DNA from: a virus
Taxonomy: Duplodnaviria; Caudoviricetes
Strand: one strand, 5' to 3'
DNA length: 64,000 nt
Virus record (IMG/VR): IMGVR_UViG_3300029288_005873
Coordinates: 1-64,000 of that record
The notes below the pieces were generated by a model. The model was not told the origin of the DNA, made no database searches, and saw only the letters and a program-made list of their open reading frames with translations. The position numbers and the translations under genes were made by a program. Within the stretch, counting starts at the first letter, position 1; each line of letters begins with the position of its first letter. Shown one piece after another: positions 49,728-59,552 of this stretch.

Positions 49728-50224
49728 CAGGCTGCCCCTTTAATAAATAGAGCTCTAGGATATCCTTTTAAACTCCTTGCCAAACGCATACTACGTTTAA
49801 TTGTCTTTACAGATACAAAACGCTGTGTTGCTCGACGGTCAAAATTGACAACTTTGTAACTTGCCTCACCAGCCTGATTTAGTTTCTCCGTAATCAAGAA
49901 CCAATGAAAACCTCCCATTGGTTCTGAAACACTTCCTAGAATTACGGCACCACCATGCTTCAAATGAGCGTCAATGTCACCTAACTTCACCTTAGGTTTT
50001 GCCTTCTTAACAAAGAGAGGAGCAAACAATCTGGCTATCTTAACTGCACGAAATAAATCACTAAAACTTGTTCCTTCTACTTTTCTTGTACGACAAATTA
50101 AACGCCAAGATGGTAACATAGCATATGATGTAGTTTTTGTAACTCCCGTCCATTTTATAGCATTCATTAGCGCCACTGGTCCACAAGAATAGTTATCTCT
50201 TTGTCTAATATACCTTGGCATCAT
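49727..50224 (-). CDS. C39-like cysteine peptidase
   Basis: QRDNYSCGPVAL, GT, HWF. Confidence 0.7.
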   Translation of the reverse strand: MMPRYIRQRDNYSCGPVALMNAIKWTGVTKTTSYAMLPSWRLICRTRKVEGTSFSDLFRAVKIARLFAPLFVKKAKPKVKLGDIDAHLKHGGAVILGSVSEPMGGFHWFLITEKLNQAGEASYKVVNFDRRATQRFVSVKTIKRSMRLARSLKGYPRALFIKGAA

Positions 50225-50793
50225 ATCCCCTTTCTCAACATTGCTGCCAAAACAAAAGAATGTCCCATCGTCATGGTTGGACAATTTAAAACATCCTCCA
50301 AAGACATTCCTTTTTTCTCATTATCATAACCGTCAAAATCCCAAAGAAATATATTGGCACCATTACAGTAAAGATCACGCAATTTATTATATACAACAGT
50401 GTTTAAAACAGCAGTGTAATACAATGGAGCATATACTTTCTTACGAGCTTCAATATATGATAGCTTTTCTCCATCCCACCAAGTATATTCTGGTATAGTT
50501 CCTTTGCCCATAGGGTATCGTTCTGCTCTGTGTGAATTCCAGCCAGCTTTAGCCCATTGCCAATATTCTTCAGTTGGATTCCCATTTGAATCTGTATGAC
50601 ATTTATACACTTTAGCAAATTGCCATGCATTCTCAACATTTTGTGCAATCTGCCCACCATAGAGTTCGCACGGACCAAGAATAAATGGGCTAAACCCCCG
50701 ACCCCAATCTTTAGATTGCGATGTAGTATTAATAAAAATGGCGCCATCTGGTAATGGACTACGATCTTTTGGACCAATAATAGTCACCGGCAT
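50221..50793 (-). CDS. Conserved phage protein (DUF6939-like)
   Basis: FSPF, NVENAWQFAKVY, LSYIEARKKVYAPLY, GHSFVL. Confidence 0.65.
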   Translation of the reverse strand: MPVTIIGPKDRSPLPDGAIFINTTSQSKDWGRGFSPFILGPCELYGGQIAQNVENAWQFAKVYKCHTDSNGNPTEEYWQWAKAGWNSHRAERYPMGKGTIPEYTWWDGEKLSYIEARKKVYAPLYYTAVLNTVVYNKLRDLYCNGANIFLWDFDGYDNEKKGMSLEDVLNCPTMTMGHSFVLAAMLRKGI

Positions 50794-51143
50794 GGTTTTC
50801 CGCTCCCAATCCATTCATTATATAAACGCTCATCTACCATATAAACCATTTCTTCTGGACGCCCATCTTCATATGCGAAATTATCAATACCACTCCAAGT
50901 AACTGCCCTTCTACGACCCCCAACTTTAAGGGTATGTCCATCACCTTCTGCGTCAGCCCAAATACCAGAATAATTTTCGGCAGACATGACCCATCTAACG
51001 ATCATATCATGTTCACTCTTGTGTACTATAATTAGTTTTTCCATGCGGGCCGGTAAGGAATCGGACCTTCTCGACGTCGATTTTGGAGACCGACCGGCTA
51101 CCTTAGCCTCCGACCCATTCGCCTTTTGGCGAATTAATATCAA
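50784..51143 (-). CDS. Hypothetical protein (start uncertain)
   Basis: ORF in gene run. Confidence 0.45.
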   Translation of the reverse strand: MILIRQKANGSEAKVAGRSPKSTSRRSDSLPARMEKLIIVHKSEHDMIVRWVMSAENYSGIWADAEGDGHTLKVGGRRRAVTWSGIDNFAYEDGRPEEMVYMVDERLYNEWIGSGKPCR

Positions 51144-51736
51144 ATTTCAACTTCAGACTCTGTACCATGCCCATATAACTTACCGCCACACACCATTCCT
51201 CGCTGTTCATTTAAAACCTCATCCATTGGCAATACTGGATCCAAACCCAGAGTTTGGCGTTTAACAAGGCGATCATACAACACCATGTAAACAGCAGCCG
51301 ACAGATTTACGCAATGATGAGTGGGGATAACAACAAACCTATGACAATGCCTTAGATGAACTTGCGGAATACTTCCATCTTCAGGACCAAATACATATAC
51401 AGCATTTTCTGGATGAACAAACTGTGGCAATAGTTCAGAATTTGGGCGAAGCTCTACCGCTACAGGAATAGCACCACTAAAAGCATCAAATGGATAATCA
51501 AACTGGCGCAACTCCACATCTTTGTATCCCTTAAGTCTCTCTTCTCTAGGCAGTCTGCGCTTTTTCTCCAACTCCATGGCGACTCTCTCTCCAGTATACC
51601 ATACTTGTCGCACACCAAAACAAGAAGCTGCTCTAACCGCCGCTCCTACATTATGTGGAAATTTGGGATTTATAAGAATTATTGAAGGAACTACTCCGAC
51701 CTTTGTATTTGTCTTACCATAAATAGCTGAGTCCAT
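51140..51736 (-). CDS. SpoU/TrmH-family RNA methyltransferase
   Basis: PHNVGAAVRAA, VFGPEDGSI, IP...VNLSAAV. Confidence 0.88.
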   Translation of the reverse strand: MDSAIYGKTNTKVGVVPSIILINPKFPHNVGAAVRAASCFGVRQVWYTGERVAMELEKKRRLPREERLKGYKDVELRQFDYPFDAFSGAIPVAVELRPNSELLPQFVHPENAVYVFGPEDGSIPQVHLRHCHRFVVIPTHHCVNLSAAVYMVLYDRLVKRQTLGLDPVLPMDEVLNEQRGMVCGGKLYGHGTESEVEI

Positions 51737-51984
51737 TACACAACCCTTAAATGTGGAAAATCTTTTCTGTTGACCTGCTTTATATATGTTTTATAAAAAT
51801 GATCCATGCGTCTTTCATGTCTCATAGCAGCTGCTAGAGCTTTTTCTTTGGTAGAAAATAGAACCTTAGAACGACTATTACAATAAGTATCATCTTCACA
51901 CCAAGAACAGCACCTATCCTGACCACAATACCAAATAAAGAAAGTACGCTTTTTTTTCATTTTTATTCCTTTCACTTCATACAA
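51736..51984 (-). CDS. Hypothetical protein
   Basis: ORF in gene run. Confidence 0.45.
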   Translation of the reverse strand: MYEVKGIKMKKKRTFFIWYCGQDRCCSWCEDDTYCNSRSKVLFSTKEKALAAAMRHERRMDHFYKTYIKQVNRKDFPHLRVV

Positions 51985-52844
51985 AGAGCGCCTTCTCTGA
52001 TCCAGGAATACGCAACGGTTCCATCCTGGAAAACTACCAACTGCCGCACGAAATCCGCATCTGGATCATGACGCGATACATAATCGGTTATGCGCAAAAT
52101 AGCCCCATCCCAGTCATAGACTCCTCCTCCCCATACGTGCCCATGACATAATTTGGCATTCCTCTTAAGCCACAATCTTATACCCATCAAACCAAACCTA
52201 GATGGAGTGAACTCATTTCTCGTTCCATCTGGATTTCCGACAGGCCATGAGGTAATATTGTCGCATCCAAGCAAACGTAGTTCGCGTATAGCAGACTCAT
52301 ACATCTTGGCGTTATCTATACCTCCTTTACGTAGGAGTAATGTACAACGCAAACCAACATGTCGATTTATATTTCGAAATATATCCTCAAGCTTAGGATA
52401 TGTTTTAAGACCATATGCGGCAGCCTGTCCCCATCTTTCTGGGTGGTGAATTGAAACAGCTACATTAGTGAGTCCAAGATGTTTCCAAAGAGGCAGCCAT
52501 TTATCAGCAAATTCCCTGTCGCCAAAAAGTATCCCGTTTGTAAATAGGTTTACATTCGGAAAAAATGCCCCATTTTTTGCGCATGAATTATATATCTCCA
52601 GAGCCTCAGTTACCTCCTCCGGATCACATGTTGGTTCACCGCTCCCAGTTAAAGATAACGACCATCCACCATAACGTGCGGATAACCTAATTGCCGCACC
52701 AAAATTGCGTTTCCATGCCTCATATGTTTTTGACTCAGCAGCCTGCTGTCGTAAATACTTTCCAGCACAGAAGGCGCAGTTACCATTACATGCTCCATTT
52801 CCAACAAGAACGGACACGCTGTATATCTTTTCGATACATGCCAT
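51972..52844 (-). CDS. Radical SAM protein
   Basis: CNGNCAFC, TGSGEPT, FTNG, VSIHH. Confidence 0.88.
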   Translation of the reverse strand: MACIEKIYSVSVLVGNGACNGNCAFCAGKYLRQQAAESKTYEAWKRNFGAAIRLSARYGGWSLSLTGSGEPTCDPEEVTEALEIYNSCAKNGAFFPNVNLFTNGILFGDREFADKWLPLWKHLGLTNVAVSIHHPERWGQAAAYGLKTYPKLEDIFRNINRHVGLRCTLLLRKGGIDNAKMYESAIRELRLLGCDNITSWPVGNPDGTRNEFTPSRFGLMGIRLWLKRNAKLCHGHVWGGGVYDWDGAILRITDYVSRHDPDADFVRQLVVFQDGTVAYSWIREGALCMK

Positions 52845-52845
52845 C

Positions 52846-53079
52846 TCACTCTCCAGATTGAGCTGTTACGTCACTAACTGTAGCCACAACGCATCCATCA
52901 GAGTTATACAGTTCACCGCGTATACTATGAGCAATAATTACAACATCAGAAAAAAGGGCGTGCGTACCATCATTAAACACAATATGAAGGTCTGTGCCTT
53001 CAAGCCACAAATGTTTCACTTTCTTGATATTGTCCATTACTCTACCTTTATGACTTTGCCATATATAATCCCCGTCCAA
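52846..53079 (-). CDS. Hypothetical protein
   Basis: ORF in gene run. Confidence 0.5.
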   Translation of the reverse strand: MDGDYIWQSHKGRVMDNIKKVKHLWLEGTDLHIVFNDGTHALFSDVVIIAHSIRGELYNSDGCVVATVSDVTAQSGE

Positions 53080-53417
53080 CCGTTGGTTCGACCGCGATTA
53101 TTCTTAATCAAAAACATGCGCCGTTTTTTAGCAAGCGCAATCCCTGCCACAAGGTGAAGAAAAATCCTACCCTTAACCTTTGCTAGCACAATGTCCCCAT
53201 TTACTATGTCTTCTGGCAAACATGGGGCAACCGTAACCAATTGACCACTCTTAATTAATCCACGCATTGAATTGCCCTTTGGGCAAATTTGAACAGTATT
53301 GCCAGCCTTAAGACCCTCAATTGCCTCATCCGCCCAGCCTTTGCGTTTTGTCTTTACTTTATTTTCTCGTTCCCAACAACAATCTACGCAACAACATGAA
53401 CGTTTGTCATGTCCCAT
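53037..53417 (-). CDS. S24/S26 peptidase-like protein
   Basis: KGNSMRGLIKSG, GDIVLAKVKG..LHLV, NNRGRTNGW. Confidence 0.7.
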   Translation of the reverse strand: MGHDKRSCCCVDCCWERENKVKTKRKGWADEAIEGLKAGNTVQICPKGNSMRGLIKSGQLVTVAPCLPEDIVNGDIVLAKVKGRIFLHLVAGIALAKKRRMFLIKNNRGRTNGWTGIIYGKVIKVE

Positions 53418-53434
53418 CTTTTGTCTCCCTTACT

Positions 53435-54025
53435 CTATACACCCGCTGGCGCCTGGGGCTGATTTATACTACAGTGTGTGCTAATCAAATGGCATTGCCT
53501 AATAAATTCATCCTTATTAATAGTATACTTCATAGTATTACATGTATGACAACAGGATACACAGTTACCTTCAATATAACCAAGGTTATTATCTATGCGA
53601 TCAATTCCATTAAATTTTTTTCTAGTTTGACCACAATAATAACAGTTTGAAGATATCAGCGCAAAAAATTGATCATTGGACAAAGTAAAAATCAACTTGC
53701 GCCCTTTGGCATCTCCCTTGTACTTTTTGAATATTTTTAGCGGATCAAGGTAAATAGAACAATTTTTACAGATTGCCCCCTCACTACTACGCATTTGTAC
53801 GCGTCTAAGCTTACCACAAATAGAACAAAATTCAGAATGTGTTTTTTGGTTACAATTACTACATATCGATTTTCCATCGATATCACGGGTAGCAACTTGT
53901 CTTAATTTACCGCAAATAGAACAATTCTCTACATGACAAGTTTTACATATCGGTTTTCCTTCTGGATCGCGAGTAGTAACCCATCTCAATTCACCACATA
54001 TAGAACAAGGTTCTTTATTCTTCAT
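53435..54025 (-). CDS. Zinc-finger-repeat HNH-like endonuclease
   Basis: Three CSICG.LR.V..R...G..IC..C repeats; CYYCG, GIDRIDNNLGY..GNCVSCC..CN. Confidence 0.8.
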   Translation of the reverse strand: MKNKEPCSICGELRWVTTRDPEGKPICKTCHVENCSICGKLRQVATRDIDGKSICSNCNQKTHSEFCSICGKLRRVQMRSSEGAICKNCSIYLDPLKIFKKYKGDAKGRKLIFTLSNDQFFALISSNCYYCGQTRKKFNGIDRIDNNLGYIEGNCVSCCHTCNTMKYTINKDEFIRQCHLISTHCSINQPQAPAGV

Positions 54026-54076
54026 GAAATCCTTTATATAATGGTACCGTGGCGGTCCATATGGAATAATTCAATG

Positions 54077-54149
54077 TGCGCGCGGCGAGAATCGAACTCG
54101 CCTCATTCCTGGGTGGAAGCCAGGTGCCATACCACTAGGCGACGCGCTC
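54077..54149 (-). tRNA. tRNA-Gly(TCC)
   Basis: CCTGG-CTTCCAC-CCAGG; GCGAG-TTCGATT-CTCGC; one acceptor mismatch. Confidence 0.8.
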
Positions 54150-54161
54150 TTGATAAATGCC

Positions 54162-54356
54162 TTACTCTTCGTCTAACTTAGATTCCTCACGAATAAATTT
54201 CTCCAGGAACTCCGCCCTCTCACGTACAAATACTTTGTAATCTGAATTTGTGTATATTACCATTTCTTGTCCATCATTAGCATTTGTACAATTTAGGCAT
54301 TCACCAATAACCATATACCTGTTGCCTGTTTTCTTATGGATAAATGTGCCGATCAT
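54162..54356 (-). CDS. DUF1653-like protein
   Basis: HKKTGNRY.V, MVIY, FVRE..EF..KF. Confidence 0.75.
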   Translation of the reverse strand: MIGTFIHKKTGNRYMVIGECLNCTNANDGQEMVIYTNSDYKVFVRERAEFLEKFIREESKLDEE

Positions 54357-54628
54357 TCTATCTCCTAGTACTTATATTGTTACTTTGGAACTCCCCAATA
54401 ATCAACTTGACAATCCTGCCACTTCATCATTTCACTAATTGAACCGAGGAAAGTTATAGGCCAAATCTCAATAACCTCTCCCGGTTTAGTCTTCATGTGT
54501 CATTCTTCCCAATGGATAGAGATTTAGTGGTAATAGCAATTGCCTTTATTGGACCGTGCCAACCTTCTCGACGCAATAAAACAACAAATTCCTCAGATTT
54601 TTTCAAATCCATATCTGCTCCTTAGAGC

Positions 54629-55480
54629 TTATTTGCCCTCCATAATTTCAAGCATCTCGCGATCATCCGTCGGCTTCCAGACAACAGCTGGTATAGTTTT
54701 CTCAAGCGGAACAAAAATTCTTCCGGTTATCCAGTTCGAAATTTGTGTTCTAAATATAGCATGCCGTTCCTTTGCCAACTTAAGGAGTTTCGGAGAAAAC
54801 AACATTCCAGCACGAATTGAATCTTTTACCATCTCTAATTTATTAATGTCAACTTCCGATCGTTCCCGCATAGCATCATATGCTAGAAGATCATTGATTA
54901 CACTTACAATCATACTAGTGCCTCGGATGTCATATGGATCTTCTGAACACAAAATATGGGATACACATCTTTCATCTAATGGAATATACTTATCCTTAAT
55001 AACATGTAATAACACATGTTCTGGTATACCTCGTTTCAACTCATCATCAGCCGGATCAGTACTTGTGGCAATTTTACGCAGCACAGCATCTGGACGCAGA
55101 TGAAGAGTACAATTACCACTCAAAGAACGCTTTACGAACACATAATCTGGATTCAAAATCGTCAAACAACTCCAGTAATTCTGGTCAGTCCCAAACTCTA
55201 GATGTGGAAAAACTTCACCAAGTTTCCAATACTCCTTAGCCAAATCTAATAATTTGGAACCTGGCTTAAGCCACTCGTCCTCAGCCGGCTCAACCAAGTC
55301 AAGTCTGCGGAGAGCACTAAAACAAGAAGAGTCCTTTGGTATAATGCGAAATCTTGAGATGGAACAGATTGCATGGAATAAGACAGCATTATGTACAATA
55401 GGGTTCAATAAATAAAAACTCCTAATCCAAGAATTCAGGGTTAGCCTATCTCTAGGTACTTTACCATACAAAGAATCCAT
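54629..55480 (-). CDS. Truncated portal-protein-like ORF
   Basis: LNSWIRSFY..NPIVHNA, EYWKLGEVFP, ILNPDYV, PYDIRGTS resemble N-terminal parts of large-phage portals (from recall). Confidence 0.45.
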   Translation of the reverse strand: MDSLYGKVPRDRLTLNSWIRSFYLLNPIVHNAVLFHAICSISRFRIIPKDSSCFSALRRLDLVEPAEDEWLKPGSKLLDLAKEYWKLGEVFPHLEFGTDQNYWSCLTILNPDYVFVKRSLSGNCTLHLRPDAVLRKIATSTDPADDELKRGIPEHVLLHVIKDKYIPLDERCVSHILCSEDPYDIRGTSMIVSVINDLLAYDAMRERSEVDINKLEMVKDSIRAGMLFSPKLLKLAKERHAIFRTQISNWITGRIFVPLEKTIPAVVWKPTDDREMLEIMEGK

Positions 55481-55580
55481 ATAAACCTCCAAACAAAAAA
55501 CACGCCATCAAAACACATTCGTAAGCAAAAAATGCTGGAATGGATGGCGCATCAGGTTATAGCTACGGAAAGTGTAACTG

Positions 55581-55668
55581 TGGAAAGTAAGAGAGTTGAA
55601 CTCCTGGAGGCGTTAACCTCACTGGTTTTCAGGACCAGCACTCGGCACCGACGCGAGACGGACTTTCC
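55581..55668 (-). tRNA. tRNA-Ser(TGA), atypical D arm, C33
   Basis: GGAAAGT/ACTTTCC, CTGGT-CCTGAAA-ACCAG, long variable arm GAGG..CCTC. Confidence 0.7.
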
Positions 55669-55672
55669 AATA

Positions 55673-55743
55673 AGCGACCAGTCGGAATTGAACCGACGCG
55701 TCCTCCATGGCAAGGAGGCAGGCTACCATAACCTCTTGGTCGC
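55673..55743 (-). tRNA. tRNA-Gly(GCC)
   Basis: GCGACCA/TGGTCGC, CCTCC-TTGCCAT-GGAGG, GTCGG-TTCAATT-CCGAC. Confidence 0.85.
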
Positions 55744-55747
55744 AAAA

Positions 55748-55830
55748 CCTGTTCCAGTGTGGGATTTGAACCCTTCGGTCAGCCGCGAACTGGAGCCGAA
55801 TTGCCACCCTCGCGGGGCATCTGAAACAGG
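55748..55830 (-). ncRNA. Non-canonical tRNA-like RNA
   Basis: 10-bp terminal stem CCTGTTTCAG/CTGGAACAGG, GGG-TTCAAAT-CCC T arm, two further hairpins. Confidence 0.5.
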
Positions 55831-55838
55831 AAAACCGG

Positions 55839-57344
55839 TTATTTTACTCTCACAAATTTAGCTAATTGCTGGAAACCTTTTATATCTTTTGCCCCAGCAT
55901 AAGTGATTCCTGACCGTAAAGCCCCAATATATCTATCTATAAGTTCATCTGAGGATTCTCCAACATCCAAATATTTAATAATACCTTCAGTACAAGTGCC
56001 CTTCTTTACACCATTTCTCCATTGTTCCTGAACTTCACGACTAGCCATCCCAGCATATATTTTCTTTCTAATACCGTCAATAAGTATCGTTTCTGCTGGA
56101 CTGTCAGAACAACGAGCAAAAATGCTACCAGCCATAACAGAATTTGCTCCAGCTGCTATTGCTTTCGTAAAATCTGCAGGTTCTCTGATACTGCCATCAC
56201 TAATGATGGGTAAACCTAGCTGAACAGATATGTCCTTAAATTTCGAAACAGAAGTAAATTGTTTCTCATTACAGGCGGCTGTATTTTTTGTTTTACAAGC
56301 AAGACCGTTGGCTATACCAACTTTGACAGCATCAGCAAAATCATTAACTTCAAACATCATGTCAGTATTAATTGTATTCCCTAGTACTACTTTAACACCA
56401 GAAAATTCTTTTTTTAATTTTCTCCCCATTTCAATTACAAAATCGCTATAACCATGAGCAACGTCTATAAAAATCACATTTGCTCCAGCATCAAAAAGTT
56501 TCCTGGCTAGATCAAATTGATTGTCTCCTAGACCTACTGATGCGCACACAATTGAACACTGTGCTGCTATTTGCTTTACCGAAGATACTAATCGTTCATC
56601 CGGTAAAGCCCTATGCATAACACCTAATGCTCCGAGTTTATATAATTGTATACAAAATTCGGCATCAACAACCGCAGACATGTTAGAAGCCATTATTGGA
56701 ACGGCTAAAGAAATGCCCCTAAAAACTTCAGATGAAATATCCACATCTAGACGAGATCTACATATATTTTTATTCTGAAGTATAGCTACTTCATCAAAAC
56801 CTAAACTAATGGGTATACGATCAGATGTCAAATTATTATCAAGAAAATACATGTGAGATGTTTTATCAAACTTAATTAAACCACTTTGTACTAGTTTGAA
56901 AGCCTGCCTCTGTAAACTTCCATGTATTTTTTGATGATCAGATTCATTTTCCGCTATGACAAGATTTGATATAGAATTATTCTTCTTATCTCCATCGATA
57001 TGATGGACTATCTCATTGTCTAATAAATCGCGTCCAATGGATTTTTCCATAATAAGTCTATGTAGAAATACCCTCTTATCTCCCTTGTATTCCCTGAAAT
57101 ATCCATCAGCTAATAGCAATTTTCCTTTTCTTCTCAAAAAACCAGCGCGTTTTCTAGCACATCTCCAACAATAATCTTTGTTATCTTTATTTTTACTCCT
57201 TATGCGTCGTTTATACACATCTCTTATGACAACTTCATCTTCTGATCCACAGTCATCACAAATCCTAATCACTTTCATATGACTATGAAGTGATAGGGTA
57301 GAAATATCTATCCCATCTATAGTTTTGTCACCTTTAATACTCAT
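55839..57344 (-). CDS. IMP dehydrogenase/GMP reductase fused to N-terminal HNH domain
   Basis: N-terminus HRLIME...VHHIDGDKKNN; C-terminus GFDEV, ASNM, IDVAHG, KVGIANGLAC, ISDG, YAGMAS, LRSGITYAGA. Confidence 0.88.
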   Translation of the reverse strand: MSIKGDKTIDGIDISTLSLHSHMKVIRICDDCGSEDEVVIRDVYKRRIRSKNKDNKDYCWRCARKRAGFLRRKGKLLLADGYFREYKGDKRVFLHRLIMEKSIGRDLLDNEIVHHIDGDKKNNSISNLVIAENESDHQKIHGSLQRQAFKLVQSGLIKFDKTSHMYFLDNNLTSDRIPISLGFDEVAILQNKNICRSRLDVDISSEVFRGISLAVPIMASNMSAVVDAEFCIQLYKLGALGVMHRALPDERLVSSVKQIAAQCSIVCASVGLGDNQFDLARKLFDAGANVIFIDVAHGYSDFVIEMGRKLKKEFSGVKVVLGNTINTDMMFEVNDFADAVKVGIANGLACKTKNTAACNEKQFTSVSKFKDISVQLGLPIISDGSIREPADFTKAIAAGANSVMAGSIFARCSDSPAETILIDGIRKKIYAGMASREVQEQWRNGVKKGTCTEGIIKYLDVGESSDELIDRYIGALRSGITYAGAKDIKGFQQLAKFVRVK

Positions 57345-57368
57345 TATATTTTCCTGTATATAATATAT

Positions 57369-58379
57369 CTACCAGGGTATTTCTCTGATATCCGATCTGT
57401 CAGCACCATAAGAAACAAACTTGACACGGACCGAAGCCTCATGCATCATATGTAATAAATCAGACAGACCAAAAACCTGACGAAATTTGCCCTCAAAATA
57501 TACTACCAAAGGGTATTTGACAACATCTGTTTTCGTCAAGGCAACAAAATCAACACCGTTTACCTTAGCCGCTCTCTTTGCCTCATCAAGGTCAAGATAC
57601 CCAATCCTTCTTGGGCGCCCAGTTGTTGAGCCATATTCATTTCCTCTAGTTCTATATTCTTCGGCTTCAAGATCAGGCATTTCTAGAAAAGGTCCTTTTC
57701 CTACCCTTGTGGAATAGGGTTTACAGACTCCGCACACAATATTTATTTGTTTGGGAGACAGACCAGTATAAGCACAAATGCCACCCGTAGTACATGATGA
57801 GGATGTCACATATGGATAAGTTCCATGCCATAGATCCAATCCAAAAGCTTGTGCTCCCTCAACAATTACCCGCTCCTTATGAACAACTGAATAAAGAAAA
57901 TCGACAGTATCACAAAGATGACGCTGGATAAATGGGTATTTATCAACAAGGTCTCCCACGGTCTGTCCAATTCTGGTAACTCTATCTTCCATACATGGAC
58001 CAATTCCTCGACAAGTTGTACCGATGCGCGAACCAGTAGCTTTGTCTCGTTCCTTGTGTTCTGGAAGAACTGCTGGACAGCGCGGATCTACCATTACCTT
58101 ACTTCCATTGGCAAGAAACATACCGATTTCCGATTCCAGTTCCGCGAGATCAATAAGAACGCCTGGAGAAAGTACGGAAACTGTTCCCTCACGCAAAACT
58201 GTCGCAGGTAGGTGGTGAAGTACCGACTTTTTGCCATTGGCAACTACTGTATGCCCAGCATTTGCCCCACCATTACTCCTTACGCCAATCCTAATATTCC
58301 ACAAATGAATCAAATGATCCGCGACACGACTCTTGGCTTCGTCGCCATATTGTAGCCCAACAACCGCTATAACTGACAT
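57369..58379 (-). CDS. purA: Adenylosuccinate synthetase (short form)
   Basis: QYGDEAK, GGANAGHT, IGTT.RGIGP, EGAQ, YPYVTSS, TTGRPRRIG, TKTD. Confidence 0.92.
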   Translation of the reverse strand: MSVIAVVGLQYGDEAKSRVADHLIHLWNIRIGVRSNGGANAGHTVVANGKKSVLHHLPATVLREGTVSVLSPGVLIDLAELESEIGMFLANGSKVMVDPRCPAVLPEHKERDKATGSRIGTTCRGIGPCMEDRVTRIGQTVGDLVDKYPFIQRHLCDTVDFLYSVVHKERVIVEGAQAFGLDLWHGTYPYVTSSSCTTGGICAYTGLSPKQINIVCGVCKPYSTRVGKGPFLEMPDLEAEEYRTRGNEYGSTTGRPRRIGYLDLDEAKRAAKVNGVDFVALTKTDVVKYPLVVYFEGKFRQVFGLSDLLHMMHEASVRVKFVSYGADRSDIREIPW

Positions 58380-58394
58380 GGCTTTCCTTTCATA

Positions 58395-58652
58395 CTACTT
58401 CTTCGGTCTATCAAATCTGATGACTAATTCACCTTTGCCAGAAAATCCTTCATCACCAACTTCTTTATGTCTAACTTCTGTTTTGATACGCACCTCATAC
58501 TCGATTCCCTTGGTGCGATACTCGTACATACTAGAAGTAAGTGAAGAGACCAATGTCAGCATCTCTTCTTCAGTAATATACAAACGCATCTCAACATGCG
58601 GTAGTTCCTGATCAAGAGCTTTTGCTGGATAGACAACAGTTTCTGTCTTCAT
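58395..58652 (-). CDS. Hypothetical protein
   Basis: ORF in gene run. Confidence 0.6.
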   Translation of the reverse strand: MKTETVVYPAKALDQELPHVEMRLYITEEEMLTLVSSLTSSMYEYRTKGIEYEVRIKTEVRHKEVGDEGFSGKGELVIRFDRPKK

Positions 58653-58654
58653 GG

Positions 58655-59089
58655 CTACACCTTGGGTTCAAAAACTTTGTGTTTGAAATATGGGCACCGT
58701 TTCGCAATTACACACAAGATTTCTTTAAGGACAAGTGACTGAAGCAATGGAATATCTTCGAATTCAGTATGAGTCCAAAGATGATCAAATTCCTCAATAA
58801 ATCTGGCAGCTCTTGCCTGAATAGCACATTTTTCATTACTAGTACACAATTCACAAATACGACAATAGCATCTTTTATCTTGGCAAGGATAAATTGGATC
58901 TCTAACCCCATTTAAGCTGTCACCACATACTCCAATTGGTCCATTACCATTTTCATCATCCTTATATGCTATTTCTTCTTCTAAACTAGTAAACTTTAGA
59001 AAATCTGGACATTGATCGCATTCCCAATCGGTAACATAACGACAACCTTGCCAATTTTGAAGCCTTTCCTGTGATGTAAGTTTCCTCAT
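58655..59089 (-). CDS. Cys-rich hypothetical protein
   Basis: ORF in gene run. Confidence 0.6.
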   Translation of the reverse strand: MRKLTSQERLQNWQGCRYVTDWECDQCPDFLKFTSLEEEIAYKDDENGNGPIGVCGDSLNGVRDPIYPCQDKRCYCRICELCTSNEKCAIQARAARFIEEFDHLWTHTEFEDIPLLQSLVLKEILCVIAKRCPYFKHKVFEPKV

Positions 59090-59117
59090 TCATTTCTCAC
59101 TTCTAAAAAACTGGACA

Positions 59118-59552
59118 TTATTTTACTTCCAAGGGCTTCACCAAAACTGACCATCTATCTGTCACAAGGTCAAATGGTGAAATATACCACATGTCGATTT
59201 TGTAATCGGCATAATTAACTATCCTTTTCTGGAAATATACCTTCACAAAGGATTCATCAGTTGACCGAAATTCCCAATAATAACAGCGCCTTTTTGGATC
59301 TGGTTGGAGCCAATGAAGCCGCCAAAGCTGATCTTTGGGAATTTCCAGGCTGTCGTGGACAATTTGGTCTTCACTAAACTCGACATACGGACCACGGTCC
59401 CCTATAACAACCCGTTCATATCCCTTTGCAACAATGAGATTACTTTTGGTATAAAAACTCACCAACTCGCCTTCAGGTGGAAACTCGGGCAAAATCAGTC
59501 GTTGCCTGTAACCTTCCCTTATATCATCGCTAGATTTGGGCATCGCTAACAC
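59118..59552 (-). CDS. Hypothetical phage protein
   Basis: GYERVVIGDRGPYVEF, KVYFQKRIVNYADYK..WYISP. Confidence 0.7.
   Translation of the reverse strand: MLAMPKSSDDIREGYRQRLILPEFPPEGELVSFYTKSNLIVAKGYERVVIGDRGPYVEFSEDQIVHDSLEIPKDQLWRLHWLQPDPKRRCYYWEFRSTDESFVKVYFQKRIVNYADYKIDMWYISPFDLVTDRWSVLVKPLEVK

Noticed and set aside
55581-55668. tRNA-Sec
   Set aside because: The D arm is unusual, but the anticodon is TGA (Ser) and the acceptor stem is 7 bp.
57369-58379. PurA as PurZ (2-aminoadenine DNA), given the dATP/dGTP diphosphohydrolase gene
   Set aside because: The catalytic Asp (GDE) is retained where PurZ has Ser, and a TKxD GTP motif is present.
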